From positions 128,001 to 192,000 of the forward strand of contig JABCTZ010000003.1 of assembly GCA_018238155.1 (NCBI GenBank): a stretch of DNA of 64,000 nt, given 5' to 3'. Every line of letters begins with the position of its first letter. Positions within the stretch are counted from its first letter, which is position 1. This document shows positions 28,492 to 38,399 of the stretch, in pieces. The stretch is from Candidatus Heimdallarchaeota archaeon. Lineage in GTDB: Archaea > Asgardarchaeota > Heimdallarchaeia > JABLTI01. Below the pieces are notes generated by a model, which was not told the origin of the DNA, did not search any database, and saw nothing but the letters and a program-made list of their open reading frames with translations. The position numbers and the translations under genes are program-made.

Positions 28492-29796
28492 ATGCAAATT
28501 GAGTTATCAAGAAAGTGGTTTTTAGTTGTTGTGGGATTAGCAGATTGGCGAACAAAAGCACAAGGATTACCTCATCAAGAGTATAAGGAATTACAGAAAG
28601 TAATTGATAATTATATTTCTCGAATAAATAAGGATTGTAGAAAAAAAGGTGGTTTAGTTACTAGTCTCTTCTGGTCACAGGAAAACCTCTCACCAACATT
28701 TTTATTAGAAGCAACTCAAACCAATGAGAATTTCTTGAAGGAGATGCGTGTTAAATTAAGCAATGTTACTGAAACAATTTATGCTAACCTCTCAAATGAT
28801 GAGCGGAATTCAACATTAGGTAAAAATATACAAGCAATTTCACCACAAGGACGTATACTCATCCTTGATTGTACTATTCCCGAAAGCAGTGATTTTATTC
28901 CTGATGATGATCATGTTTTATCCGCCTTTAGTGATGCATTTAACTCTGAATTTGTTACTATAAAACGAGCCGAACATGATTTTCAAGGCAGGAAAGAATG
29001 GTTAGCTGCAATGGATGCTCTCTTAACTCGAAATCTAATACGAGAAGTTGGTCCCGTTAAGAAAATAAAAGAAGCAAAAACTGTGGAAGGAAAGCGTTTA
29101 TATGAACGAAAGACACCTGGTGATTTTGAAAAAATAACTCGTATTTTACACGGAGCAGTCCCTTTCAGGTCTAGCTTATTTGATCTCAAACCACATTCTC
29201 AATCATCATTTGATTCAAGAGAAACTCTGGGACATATAGTGATTCACTACCTTGCTACTGGTGGTGACTTTCCAATAAAACTCAATTGGCGATCAAATAC
29301 TCATGAACGATTAGGACGAAGAACCGAAGAATTACAGCTGGTAGAATTTGAAGGAGTCGAATGGAAAGATTTAGACAAATTACTCTTAATTTCAAGAGAA
29401 ATTGCTTATGAGAATGTAGAGAAAACGATTTCTGATGTTGGAGGAATTAAATTCGATTCTCTTTGGACAGAGCAAGATTCGTCATCCAATATCTTTTTCC
29501 TCTCCAAATTCTCATTCACCGAAGATATTCTAAAAAATCTCAAGGAATTTATTATTTTAGACTCTCGAAAGCAATTAGAAGGACATATCGGTCCAAGTAC
29601 AGCTGCATTATTTGATGTTTGGCGTAGAGCGGGATTACATTTTAATATGATTATTTTTGAAATACGAGGTTTAGATCTTGAAGAAGATAAAAAATTAGTT
29701 GCTTGGATACAACAACTTAAAGAGAAAGCACCCCCAGGTCCAAATTATAATGCTGAAAAAGAAGTTTTAGAAGCGCGACACTATCGTCCATATTAG
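28492..29796 (+). CDS. Hypothetical soluble protein
   Basis: 434-aa ORF with TATA and AGGAG SD-like site; no motif recognised. Confidence 0.8.
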   Translation: MQIELSRKWFLVVVGLADWRTKAQGLPHQEYKELQKVIDNYISRINKDCRKKGGLVTSLFWSQENLSPTFLLEATQTNENFLKEMRVKLSNVTETIYANLSNDERNSTLGKNIQAISPQGRILILDCTIPESSDFIPDDDHVLSAFSDAFNSEFVTIKRAEHDFQGRKEWLAAMDALLTRNLIREVGPVKKIKEAKTVEGKRLYERKTPGDFEKITRILHGAVPFRSSLFDLKPHSQSSFDSRETLGHIVIHYLATGGDFPIKLNWRSNTHERLGRRTEELQLVEFEGVEWKDLDKLLLISREIAYENVEKTISDVGGIKFDSLWTEQDSSSNIFFLSKFSFTEDILKNLKEFIILDSRKQLEGHIGPSTAALFDVWRRAGLHFNMIIFEIRGLDLEEDKKLVAWIQQLKEKAPPGPNYNAEKEVLEARHYRPY

Positions 29797-29893
29797 GTGA
29801 TGTGGATTTTTTTTCCACAGAACTCTCTTTTTTTGTGCTTACTTTTTTGATTTTCGTCGATTTAAAAAGCATTTTTCATCATAGACTATTGAT

Positions 29894-30160
29894 GTGATGG
29901 AAATGATGAACCCAACCCAATTTCAAAAAAGAAAGCTTATACGGGAAGTTTGGGGAGAAAGTTGTTTAGAGTGTGATTTTACTAAGATACCTAATCTTCA
30001 TCTATACAGTTTGAAAAAAGAAGATGTTGCAGTTTTATCTTGCCCGTCTTGTGATTTCACTATTGTTGTTGTAGAAATTGAAACACTATACAAATCAAAT
30101 CTTAAAAAACACATAAACGAAGATAATAATGAAATTATTACAACTCATAGTGCAATATAA
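29894..30160 (+). CDS. Small zinc-ribbon protein
   Basis: CLEC...CPSC. Confidence 0.65.
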   Translation: MMEMMNPTQFQKRKLIREVWGESCLECDFTKIPNLHLYSLKKEDVAVLSCPSCDFTIVVVEIETLYKSNLKKHINEDNNEIITTHSAI

Positions 30161-30378
30161 TATTATCATTGATGCTCATGGAGACACTATCAAATCCTTG
30201 ATACACTGACAATCTTCAATCCATAAGAGAACTAAACTAAACTTTAGCTTGTTCAAGCGAGGCCTCGCAGAACTCGAAGTATCTATAAAACTGACATAAA
30301 ATTGTTCATAAACAAAGTATTTAATATACGAACATCCTCATAAATCATAGATTAAACGTGAAATTATGGTGATCTAAT

Positions 30379-30951
30379 TTGGGTAAAGTTATTGTGATAA
30401 TTTTTGCAGCTGTTTCATTGATTATTCTACCAATGTCATTCTACTATATAGGCGATACATCCATTGATCCACCAGATTATACCATCGAAATTCAAGGCAA
30501 TTTTTATGATACAAATATAGGTGATTTCTTTGGAGATCCCGGATTTTCCTTCTTAAAATTTTCGCCTTCTGGAAGTGTTATTTTTACACCCGACGCTTGG
30601 AATGCTGCGTTTACTGGTGAAGCAGTTTTCGGCATGGCCGCAGGGACATTTATGATGATTCTCTGGTATGTTGGTGTAGGTATGGCTTTAGTAGGAATAG
30701 TTGTAGCATTCTTTAAACCTAAAATATCTGGTATATTCTTTTTACTTGCAGCACTTGCATACGGATTTCAAGGAATTGTTTGGTACATAGGAATGACTGC
30801 CGAGTTTGTGAGCAGCCCGGAGGTAAAAGTATTCCCAATACCCTTGGGAGCACTATTCTTCGTAGTAACTGCTATTATTGCTTTTACAACGAAAAAGAAA
30901 GAAGCATATTACTACTCTCCTGGTTATTCATATGGCTATGGAAGACGGTAA
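30379..30951 (+). CDS. Four-TM membrane protein of unknown function
   Basis: GGTGA SD; one TM, a large loop, three TM, then a Tyr/Gly-rich tail. Confidence 0.75.
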   Translation: MGKVIVIIFAAVSLIILPMSFYYIGDTSIDPPDYTIEIQGNFYDTNIGDFFGDPGFSFLKFSPSGSVIFTPDAWNAAFTGEAVFGMAAGTFMMILWYVGVGMALVGIVVAFFKPKISGIFFLLAALAYGFQGIVWYIGMTAEFVSSPEVKVFPIPLGALFFVVTAIIAFTTKKKEAYYYSPGYSYGYGRR

Positions 30952-31090
30952 TAAAAACAATTGAAAAAATGGGGTTCTCCCATTTTCTTATCTCTCTTTT
31001 TAAATTCACTTTTAAACCTTTATTTTCAAGGTAATAATTTTATTAAAATGTGTTAGGTGAATTGGAACCTACCCAATCACAAGAAAACAA

Positions 31091-31741
31091 ATGAGTGATT
31101 ACAATTTGATGGACCCAAACGATGAGTCTATTGTTTATTGGCGAAAAAAAAGTTTCTACTTAAATATCACAAATCGCTGTACAAATAACTGTGTTTTTTG
31201 TGTAAGAAATTATAAAACCGCTGTGTTTGGTTTTAACTTGAAATTAACAAGAGAACCAACAGAACAAGAAATTATTAATGAACTAAGAAAATATTTGACA
31301 AATGCATTCGAAGAAGTAGTTTTTACGGGTTATGGAGAACCTCTCGAACGTTTGGATGCTGTTTGTAATATTTCAAGAGAAATAAAGAGACTATTTCCTG
31401 AAATAATTGTAAGGCTAGATACTAATGGATTGGGGCAGCTAATTAATCCCGATATTGATGTTATTATGGAATTAAAACTAGCAGGAATAAATCAAGTTTC
31501 AATCAGTTTAAACGCAAGTAATGCAGAGCAATATAATAAAATATGCCGATCAAAATTTGGCAAACAATCCTTTGAAGCAATACAGGATTTTGCTAAAGCG
31601 GCTAAGTATATTTTCAAAACTAATTACACAATAGTTGCTATACCTCAAATTGATATTCAAGCTTGTCAGAACATAGCCAAAGAACAAGAAATTTTCTTGA
31701 AAATTCGACAATACTCTGGTCCAGATTTAGTCATTGAATGA
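31091..31741 (+). CDS. TatD-associated-family radical SAM protein
   Basis: YLNITNRCTNNCVFCVR (CxxxCxxC), L.L.REPT, EVVF.GYGEP, TNG.G. Confidence 0.88.
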   Translation: MSDYNLMDPNDESIVYWRKKSFYLNITNRCTNNCVFCVRNYKTAVFGFNLKLTREPTEQEIINELRKYLTNAFEEVVFTGYGEPLERLDAVCNISREIKRLFPEIIVRLDTNGLGQLINPDIDVIMELKLAGINQVSISLNASNAEQYNKICRSKFGKQSFEAIQDFAKAAKYIFKTNYTIVAIPQIDIQACQNIAKEQEIFLKIRQYSGPDLVIE

Positions 31742-31832
31742 AATACTGACAATACTTTCGGTGAACTCTTACTATAATTAGTGCTTTTTAAGCAAAAAAA
31801 TTATAGTATTGTAATGAGAACAATGGTTCTTT

Positions 31833-32180
31833 ATGATGAAAGGAAAGGTAAAGGTAATGGCTTGTGCAAAAACGGAGAATTACATCCAAAATGGTATAAT
31901 TGCATTAGAACAAAGGGATTTAGCAATTGCGACAGAAAATTTTTCTAAAGCCCTGATAGAAGAAAATAGTAGTGAACCTGAATATTGGTGTTTATTAGCT
32001 GAGTCTTTATTTTATCAAGCACAATTTGAAAGTTCATTAATATGCTGGAAAGAAGCTGCAACTATTTCTCCTTTGAACAAAAAAATCTGGGTTAGAATTA
32101 GTGCATTATATGCATTAATGGAACAAGATGATTTAGCTATTCACTATTATGAATTATCTGAAGGCTTGCTAATAGAATAA
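31833..32180 (+). CDS. Tetratricopeptide-repeat protein
   Basis: TPR pattern W..LA..L...A.FE.SL..W..A..I.P. Confidence 0.8.
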   Translation: MMKGKVKVMACAKTENYIQNGIIALEQRDLAIATENFSKALIEENSSEPEYWCLLAESLFYQAQFESSLICWKEAATISPLNKKIWVRISALYALMEQDDLAIHYYELSEGLLIE

Positions 32181-32286
32181 GCACTTACAATTCAGTTCTT
32201 CAAATAAACAATGCAAGGGAATTTATTTATTAGAGTGATAATATTATCTAATTTGTTCTGAATAATGAATAGAAGGGCAAGAAAAA

Positions 32287-32853
32287 TTGGCATACAAAGT
32301 TATTTACACAGTGACAGAAAAATATGACCCAACAAGAAAAGAAATTGGTTTGAAAGTAGTTATAAGTGGTTTTGGAAAATACAAAGGGGCCAAAATTAGA
32401 TTTGCTGCATTCCCTGCACAAGAAGCGACTTTTTCAAAAACTGGTTCTTTGACATTTACTGCAATAGGTAAACTTGGAAATAATTATCTAGAAGTAATAG
32501 ATAAAAAAACAAATAGAATGATACAACAAATCTCAGCAGTTAATAGCAATGTCTTTACTGAAGGTGGAAAGGGTCAAGAAATAGTCATTATTCATTCAAC
32601 AAAGAAAGCAACAATCACGATTAATAAAGTTCCAAGTCTGAAGAATGAGCTATTAAGATTGGATGCTTCTCCTAAAATATCACTTTTCTTTGGTTTGCAT
32701 TCTGAAACAAAACAACCAATATATACTCAGAAAGCAGACAAAAAAGGCTCATGTAAATTTGACATTACTGGGACATTGTCTGAAAAACATGAAGTGAGAG
32801 TTTTAACAGGGCAGATGAATAAAATTGTTTCAATAAAACCTCCGGAACCTTAA
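32287..32853 (+). CDS. Hypothetical basic beta-rich protein
   Basis: 188-aa ORF; possible two-fold internal repeat; no family recognised. Confidence 0.7.
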   Translation: MAYKVIYTVTEKYDPTRKEIGLKVVISGFGKYKGAKIRFAAFPAQEATFSKTGSLTFTAIGKLGNNYLEVIDKKTNRMIQQISAVNSNVFTEGGKGQEIVIIHSTKKATITINKVPSLKNELLRLDASPKISLFFGLHSETKQPIYTQKADKKGSCKFDITGTLSEKHEVRVLTGQMNKIVSIKPPEP

Positions 32854-32940
32854 GGTTCCATCTTATTTCATTAAGCGGTTTCTTTTTAAGCAAGTTCAAT
32901 ATCTCGTAAATGAGAAACTTATAATCAAACTAATTTTTGG

Positions 32941-34368
32941 ATGGAACCGATTTTGGATGAAGACTTATATAAACAAGTTTTTGAAATGGCTGCAAAAGTA
33001 AATGCTACTTATGTTGATATAAGAGATGAAGATACTCTCTATGCTTCTATTGAAGTAGTTGATGGAAAAGTAGAGAAATCAATGGCAGGATCTGAAGCAG
33101 GCATTGGTATAAGATTGTTAATTGATGGTGCCTGGGGTTTTTCATATGGCTCTAAAGAAAATTACAAAGTTGTTTTCAAGATGGCTGTAGATGCACAAAA
33201 AACTTCGAAGACATTATCAAAAAGCAACATTGAGTTGGCTGATGTTAAACCAATTAAAGATAAAGTAATTATTAGTCAGAAAAAACCCTCACAAGATATT
33301 GCTTTTGAAGATAAAATGAAGCTTGTACTGACTGTTGATAAACACCTGCGTGATAAGGATAACAAAATCAAAGCTACAGAAACACGCTATGTTGACTTTC
33401 TAAGAAGACAAACTATTGCAACATCAGAGGGAACGCTAATTTATGAAGAACGTCCCTATACATATTTAGCTATGACTCCAACAGCGAAAGTGGGTACAGA
33501 TACTAATCAAGCTGGTGCCCGGATAGGTCAAGTGGGCGGTTTTGAAATCTTTGATGTTGTAAATGTAGAGGAACGAGCTGAAAACGCTAAAATGCGATCA
33601 ATAAAAGGATTAGAAGCAAAATCTGTAAAAGCTGGAAAATATCCCGTAGTTCTAGATGGTACACTGAATTTCCTATTCGCTCATGAAGCTGCCGGACATA
33701 GTACCGAAGCAGATTTCTTGAGAACTGCAGGAGTGCTTCGTGGGAAATTAGGTAAAACACTAGCAAAGAATTTTGTTAACTTAATTGATGATGGAACCTT
33801 AGAGTATGTCTCCGGATATGGAGGAAGAACATTCGGATTCATGAAATATGATGATGAAGGTGTTCCTGTTGAAAGAACAGAAATTATGAAAGACGGTGTA
33901 TTGCAAACATACTTGACAGATCGTGCATCCGCTTCACATTTTAATTTAAAACCTACTGGAAATTGCCGTGCCGAATATTTTTCAAGCTTTCCAATTGTGC
34001 GTATGAGAAATACATATCTGGAAGCATCAAAAGACAAAGAATTATCAGAAGAAGAAGTTCTTGGACAGATAAAAGAGGGTCTTCTTCTAAAAAGAGGTGG
34101 TGGTGGTCAAGTGGACCCCATACGTGGCACATTCAATTTTGGTGTTGGTGAAGTGTATGAAATTCATAATGGTGAAATTGGTGAATTACGAAAAGCAACT
34201 ACTCTTTCTGGAAATACTATTGAGACCCTTGGTAAGATTATGGGACTTTCAAATGAGATGGCTGATCCTTCCGAGTCCATCGGTTTTTGTGGAAAAGATG
34301 GTCAAAGAGCACCAACAGGTACGGGTGCTGGCTGGATGTCTGTAAAAGTTATGACTGTTGGAGGTTAA
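32941..34368 (+). CDS. tldD: TldD metalloprotease
   Basis: HEAAGH.TEAD, YDDEG, TGN.R, RMRNTY, CGKDGQ. Confidence 0.95.
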   Translation: MEPILDEDLYKQVFEMAAKVNATYVDIRDEDTLYASIEVVDGKVEKSMAGSEAGIGIRLLIDGAWGFSYGSKENYKVVFKMAVDAQKTSKTLSKSNIELADVKPIKDKVIISQKKPSQDIAFEDKMKLVLTVDKHLRDKDNKIKATETRYVDFLRRQTIATSEGTLIYEERPYTYLAMTPTAKVGTDTNQAGARIGQVGGFEIFDVVNVEERAENAKMRSIKGLEAKSVKAGKYPVVLDGTLNFLFAHEAAGHSTEADFLRTAGVLRGKLGKTLAKNFVNLIDDGTLEYVSGYGGRTFGFMKYDDEGVPVERTEIMKDGVLQTYLTDRASASHFNLKPTGNCRAEYFSSFPIVRMRNTYLEASKDKELSEEEVLGQIKEGLLLKRGGGGQVDPIRGTFNFGVGEVYEIHNGEIGELRKATTLSGNTIETLGKIMGLSNEMADPSESIGFCGKDGQRAPTGTGAGWMSVKVMTVGG

Positions 34369-34372
34369 TAAA

Positions 34373-35833
34373 ATGACTTATTTTTCTCTAGACAAAGCTC
34401 TTAGCTATGGTGTTAAATTTGCTGAAAAAAATGGCGCAGAAGAAGTAGAAGGTTATAGCTCTAGTTCAAAAGAAATTGAAATTGGTGTTGAAAAAAATAT
34501 TCCAACAATTAGCACTGGTGTTTCAACTGGAGTCTCTTTTAGAGTTGTAAAAAACAATAACCTTGGTTTTGCATTCACTAAAACATTGACACAAGAACGT
34601 ATTGAATCCACAATAAAAGTTGCAATCCAAAATGCAAATTCAAAAGGTAAGGATCCCGATTTCAAATCACTTCCTCATCCTTCAAAGAAATCAGCACTAA
34701 AATTGAAATTTGACAAAAAACTTGATAATTTATCGTCAGATGATCTTGCATCTAATCTATCAACACTCATTGATGCTATTGATGGGACTAAAGGCTTGCA
34801 TTATCTTCAAGGACAAATGTTCTTAGGAATAGTTGAGGACCATTTAGTTAATTCTCATGGAATAGATATTTCTGATAAAGGAGGTGGGTTTGGTGGTTTT
34901 GCTGCAGCTATTACTACAAAAGGTTTGATACCAAACTATTCTTTTGGTATTATGGGTGGTCCATCTGTTGCTTCATTTAGAATTCAAGATTTAATTGAAG
35001 ATACTATTTTGCAAACCCAAAGAGCAGCTGCTCCCAGAACTATCAATATTGAAAAGGAATTGCCAATTATTCTTGAACCTGAAGCTTCTCTTGGCATAAT
35101 GGGTAGTTTATTCCGAATCCTTTCAAATCAGTTAACAGGAAGTAAGGTTGCTTCCGGAGCTACTCCTTATTCAGATCAAGTTGGAAACCAAATAGCTATT
35201 GAAGGATTTTCATTAGTCGATAACGGTGTTGATCCACTTAAAATTGGCTCTTCTGCTTATGATGCTGAGGGTCTTCCTCGTGAAGAGACTCTTCTTATTG
35301 ACAATGGTATTTTGAAAACTTTCCTTTTAGATAATTATTATGGAAATAAACTAGGATTAGAATCAAATGGTAAAAGCTCTCGAGTAGGTCAATTCGGATT
35401 CGGTGGTGATCCTGTGAAAACACAACCAACTATCTCGACTTCTTCACTTGAAATTTTGCCCGGTAAATCCTCAAAAGAAGAAATAATACAAGAAACCAAA
35501 GAAGGGTTTATGCTACGATCTCTAATGGGACTTCATATGTCTGATTTCAGTTCTGGAAGATTTTCTGTAACTGGTTTTGGTTGGTATATTAAAAATGGGG
35601 AGATAAAATATCCTGTTCAAGGAATCTCTATTTCTGGTATACTTCCAGATCTGATCAAAAATATTGATATGATTTCTAAAGAACGTGAATCAATGCTTTT
35701 AGGGGAATGCCCATATATTCGCTTTGCGAATGTTAAAACGACAGCTAAAAAGTTTGATTTTAAAACAAGATTTAGTCTTGGACTCCTGAAGGTTCTCACC
35801 ACTCTTAAGATCATGAAAAATCCAATGTTTTAG
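34373..35833 (+). CDS. pmbA: PmbA/TldE, non-catalytic partner of TldD
   Basis: YDAEGLP...LIDNGIL..FL.D.Y, SGRFS; no HExxxH; follows tldD. Confidence 0.9.
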   Translation: MTYFSLDKALSYGVKFAEKNGAEEVEGYSSSSKEIEIGVEKNIPTISTGVSTGVSFRVVKNNNLGFAFTKTLTQERIESTIKVAIQNANSKGKDPDFKSLPHPSKKSALKLKFDKKLDNLSSDDLASNLSTLIDAIDGTKGLHYLQGQMFLGIVEDHLVNSHGIDISDKGGGFGGFAAAITTKGLIPNYSFGIMGGPSVASFRIQDLIEDTILQTQRAAAPRTINIEKELPIILEPEASLGIMGSLFRILSNQLTGSKVASGATPYSDQVGNQIAIEGFSLVDNGVDPLKIGSSAYDAEGLPREETLLIDNGILKTFLLDNYYGNKLGLESNGKSSRVGQFGFGGDPVKTQPTISTSSLEILPGKSSKEEIIQETKEGFMLRSLMGLHMSDFSSGRFSVTGFGWYIKNGEIKYPVQGISISGILPDLIKNIDMISKERESMLLGECPYIRFANVKTTAKKFDFKTRFSLGLLKVLTTLKIMKNPMF

Positions 35834-35981
35834 TTCTATTTGTTTAGAGGAAAGGTCAAACTTTCCTTTTATTTATTTTCTATTGGTAAATTACTTTTTT
35901 TGTCTCATACGTAAGACTTATTTTAATCATATTCAATGTAAATAAGTTTGAAACGCAGAGTTATTCTTTTGAGGTTAAAAA

Positions 35982-36572
35982 ATGAATTTAGACATTGTAG
36001 ATTTAACAATTGAGCAAAAGGAGCTTCTATATCTAATTTCTCGACTTACTGACCATCTTAATTGCTCTGATACTTGGATTAAGGAAACTCCACTTCAAGC
36101 ATTGATGTTTTATGCAATTCGCAAGGGTATGTTCAATGATTATGATTATGCCCCAATTTCTTCTTCATTTCTTGGGCAGGGGAGAAAGTTTGTTAATATT
36201 TCAAAAGAAGGTGAAGATGATTTAGGTGATCTCAGAGAATTGGGTTTACTTGAAACAATCCGTCTCTCCTCTACAAAACATGATTACATTACTGGATATC
36301 GTCCAACAATTGAATCCAGAAAGCAGTTGTCACAATTTACTAATGAAATAAAGTCAAGTGTAGATTCTCTCTTTGTGTGTCCTGATTGTAATGATCCTAC
36401 TTTTGAACTTGTGATTGATGTTGGTAAATCAAGTTTCTTGATGAAATGCAAGTCTTGTTCCCACTCTGAAGGCATTCCACTAATTGAACCCGAGGATGTC
36501 TCATATTCCACAAAAGCTTACTTTTTCAAAACTCTTGGTAAACATAAAACCACACAGGAGGATAACAAATGA
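35982..36572 (+). CDS. Hypothetical protein, winged-helix-like region plus zinc ribbon
   Basis: WIKETPL, YDYAP, NISKEG.DDL.DLRELGL, CPDC...CKSC; stop overlaps the next start (ATGA). Confidence 0.75.
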   Translation: MNLDIVDLTIEQKELLYLISRLTDHLNCSDTWIKETPLQALMFYAIRKGMFNDYDYAPISSSFLGQGRKFVNISKEGEDDLGDLRELGLLETIRLSSTKHDYITGYRPTIESRKQLSQFTNEIKSSVDSLFVCPDCNDPTFELVIDVGKSSFLMKCKSCSHSEGIPLIEPEDVSYSTKAYFFKTLGKHKTTQEDNK

Positions 36573-38356
36573 CTACTGTTGGAAATTTAGGTGACGTTTT
36601 AACTGAAGTAATTAAATTGAAGAATGTTAAAATTGCTTTAATTGAATGGCTGCCTTTTGATAGGAATCAACTTTCTGCACTCAATATTAAATTAGATAGT
36701 TTGCACAGAAGACGAGGACATATTGTAACCGCACTCAAAGATGATTCACCTGAAGAACTAATCTTCAAAGATAGTGGTGTTTCATGCAAAGTTGTGGTAA
36801 AAGACTTTCAACCATCAGAATATGTTTCATTCCAAGCATCTCTCAATTTTCCCGAAGATGAAGGCATTGTTCAAAATGAAGAACTCAGTGGAAATATCAA
36901 TTCTTGGGGACGAGTTGTCTATGGTGCTGATATCGTTGAGGTTGAAAATAGTTCAAATGGTTGGGTTTCTCTTGATGTCCTAACACGTATCATTGTTGAT
37001 TTAACCATGGATACTTCACAAATGATAGATTCACTCTTAACTGAATATCAAAGAAATCTTTTAGATTTAGTATTCATGGATGAATCAAGTAAACGTTCAA
37101 AGTATCTGTTAATAATGGCAGAAGATATCTCTGTTCGTCCGAGAAATCCTGAAGATTTTTTGGATGGGGAAGATCTACAAAATGAAATTGAACAAGTTAT
37201 TGGTGTTTTACACAAAGTTGAGAAAATAGATGATGGCTATATTTTCAGAGGTAATACAGGTCAAATTGCGATTTCCAATCATATCGATGATTTTGAAAAA
37301 CCTTTACTTGAAAGAGGTTTCTCTTCAGCAATTAAATTATTCTTGGATGATTATTCGTCAATCATATGGCATTTGTGGGATGAGTCTCGATTAATTGAGA
37401 AAGATATTGATAAGGCTCTCCTGGGCGATATTACAAGCTTAACTAAAGCTCAAAACTGGATTGCACGTGCGAGTTCGGATGCTATCATGTTAGGAGATAT
37501 TCTTTCGTATCTTAGAGATAGTATTTTTAACTTTGTGGAAGACCTAACCGAAAATGATCCTTCAAAATTAAATGATGATCCTCTTTTGATTGAATTAAAG
37601 CAAATAATGAATGATTCTCAAATAACTACTAAACGTGTGAATGATACTCAAAAGGTCATCCATGGATTAGAATCAAAAATGACTGCATTGCGTGATTTTT
37701 CAAATACTTTAGCAGAAAAGCATATGAGAAAGCTTTCAGATTCTATGGCACAAAACACTAAATCTCTATCTCAAATGACAGAATCTAATAATCGTGCAAG
37801 TGATGCTCTAAGTATCATAGAGTTAATACTTGCCGGTTCTGTGATTATTGATATTGTATTGGTGTTAGTAGGCGAATATGCAATTCCTGACTGGACGTGG
37901 CTAGGTCAACTTTTCAGTTCTGGGGTTGGCAATCTCCTCATTATGCTCATTACAGTCTCTCTTTGGATTGGTGTTTTTGTTTTCCTTCGACTAAGCAAGC
38001 GAAAGCTTGAAAGCACTGCAGTAAAACGTCAGCTTAGTACAAATGTTATTGGCAGACGTTGTAACGTTGCTGCTCTTGAACTATTTATAGAAGAACGAAA
38101 CATCACCTTAAAGAGTACAGATAGAGAAGGAGACTCTCGCATTGTAACTGTAACATGCGAACCTCCTTCTAAAAAAGATCAACCAGATTTAGATTACATA
38201 ACATTACTATACGATGCAAGTGAACACTTTTTGATTCAAATGGATTTCGAAACTCCAGATATGTCTTTAGATCTTGATCAATGTTATAATCACATCCTCA
38301 AAGAAATGGAAAAAGCTGGAATATTCAATGATTTGAATTTTGAGAAAAGTTGTTAA
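36569..38356 (+). CDS. Membrane protein with CorA-like layout (long helices, two TM) lacking the GMN motif
   Basis: Long helical stalk, two TM segments near aa 415-475, extra soluble C-terminal domain. Confidence 0.65.
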   Translation: MTTVGNLGDVLTEVIKLKNVKIALIEWLPFDRNQLSALNIKLDSLHRRRGHIVTALKDDSPEELIFKDSGVSCKVVVKDFQPSEYVSFQASLNFPEDEGIVQNEELSGNINSWGRVVYGADIVEVENSSNGWVSLDVLTRIIVDLTMDTSQMIDSLLTEYQRNLLDLVFMDESSKRSKYLLIMAEDISVRPRNPEDFLDGEDLQNEIEQVIGVLHKVEKIDDGYIFRGNTGQIAISNHIDDFEKPLLERGFSSAIKLFLDDYSSIIWHLWDESRLIEKDIDKALLGDITSLTKAQNWIARASSDAIMLGDILSYLRDSIFNFVEDLTENDPSKLNDDPLLIELKQIMNDSQITTKRVNDTQKVIHGLESKMTALRDFSNTLAEKHMRKLSDSMAQNTKSLSQMTESNNRASDALSIIELILAGSVIIDIVLVLVGEYAIPDWTWLGQLFSSGVGNLLIMLITVSLWIGVFVFLRLSKRKLESTAVKRQLSTNVIGRRCNVAALELFIEERNITLKSTDREGDSRIVTVTCEPPSKKDQPDLDYITLLYDASEHFLIQMDFETPDMSLDLDQCYNHILKEMEKAGIFNDLNFEKSC

Positions 38357-38399
38357 AATTGGGTTCAGAACAAAAAATTCTATCCCAACTTTAATTATT

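Noticed and set aside
30168-30295. C/D box sRNA suggested by TGATG and CTGA words
   Set aside because: The C box is imperfect, the box spacing is atypical and no guide target could be verified
31777-31792. ATTAGTGCTTTTTAAG before the TPR gene, and similar weak matches before fen and 29894, as regulon members
   Set aside because: Too many mismatches to distinguish from AT-rich background without a genome-wide matrix
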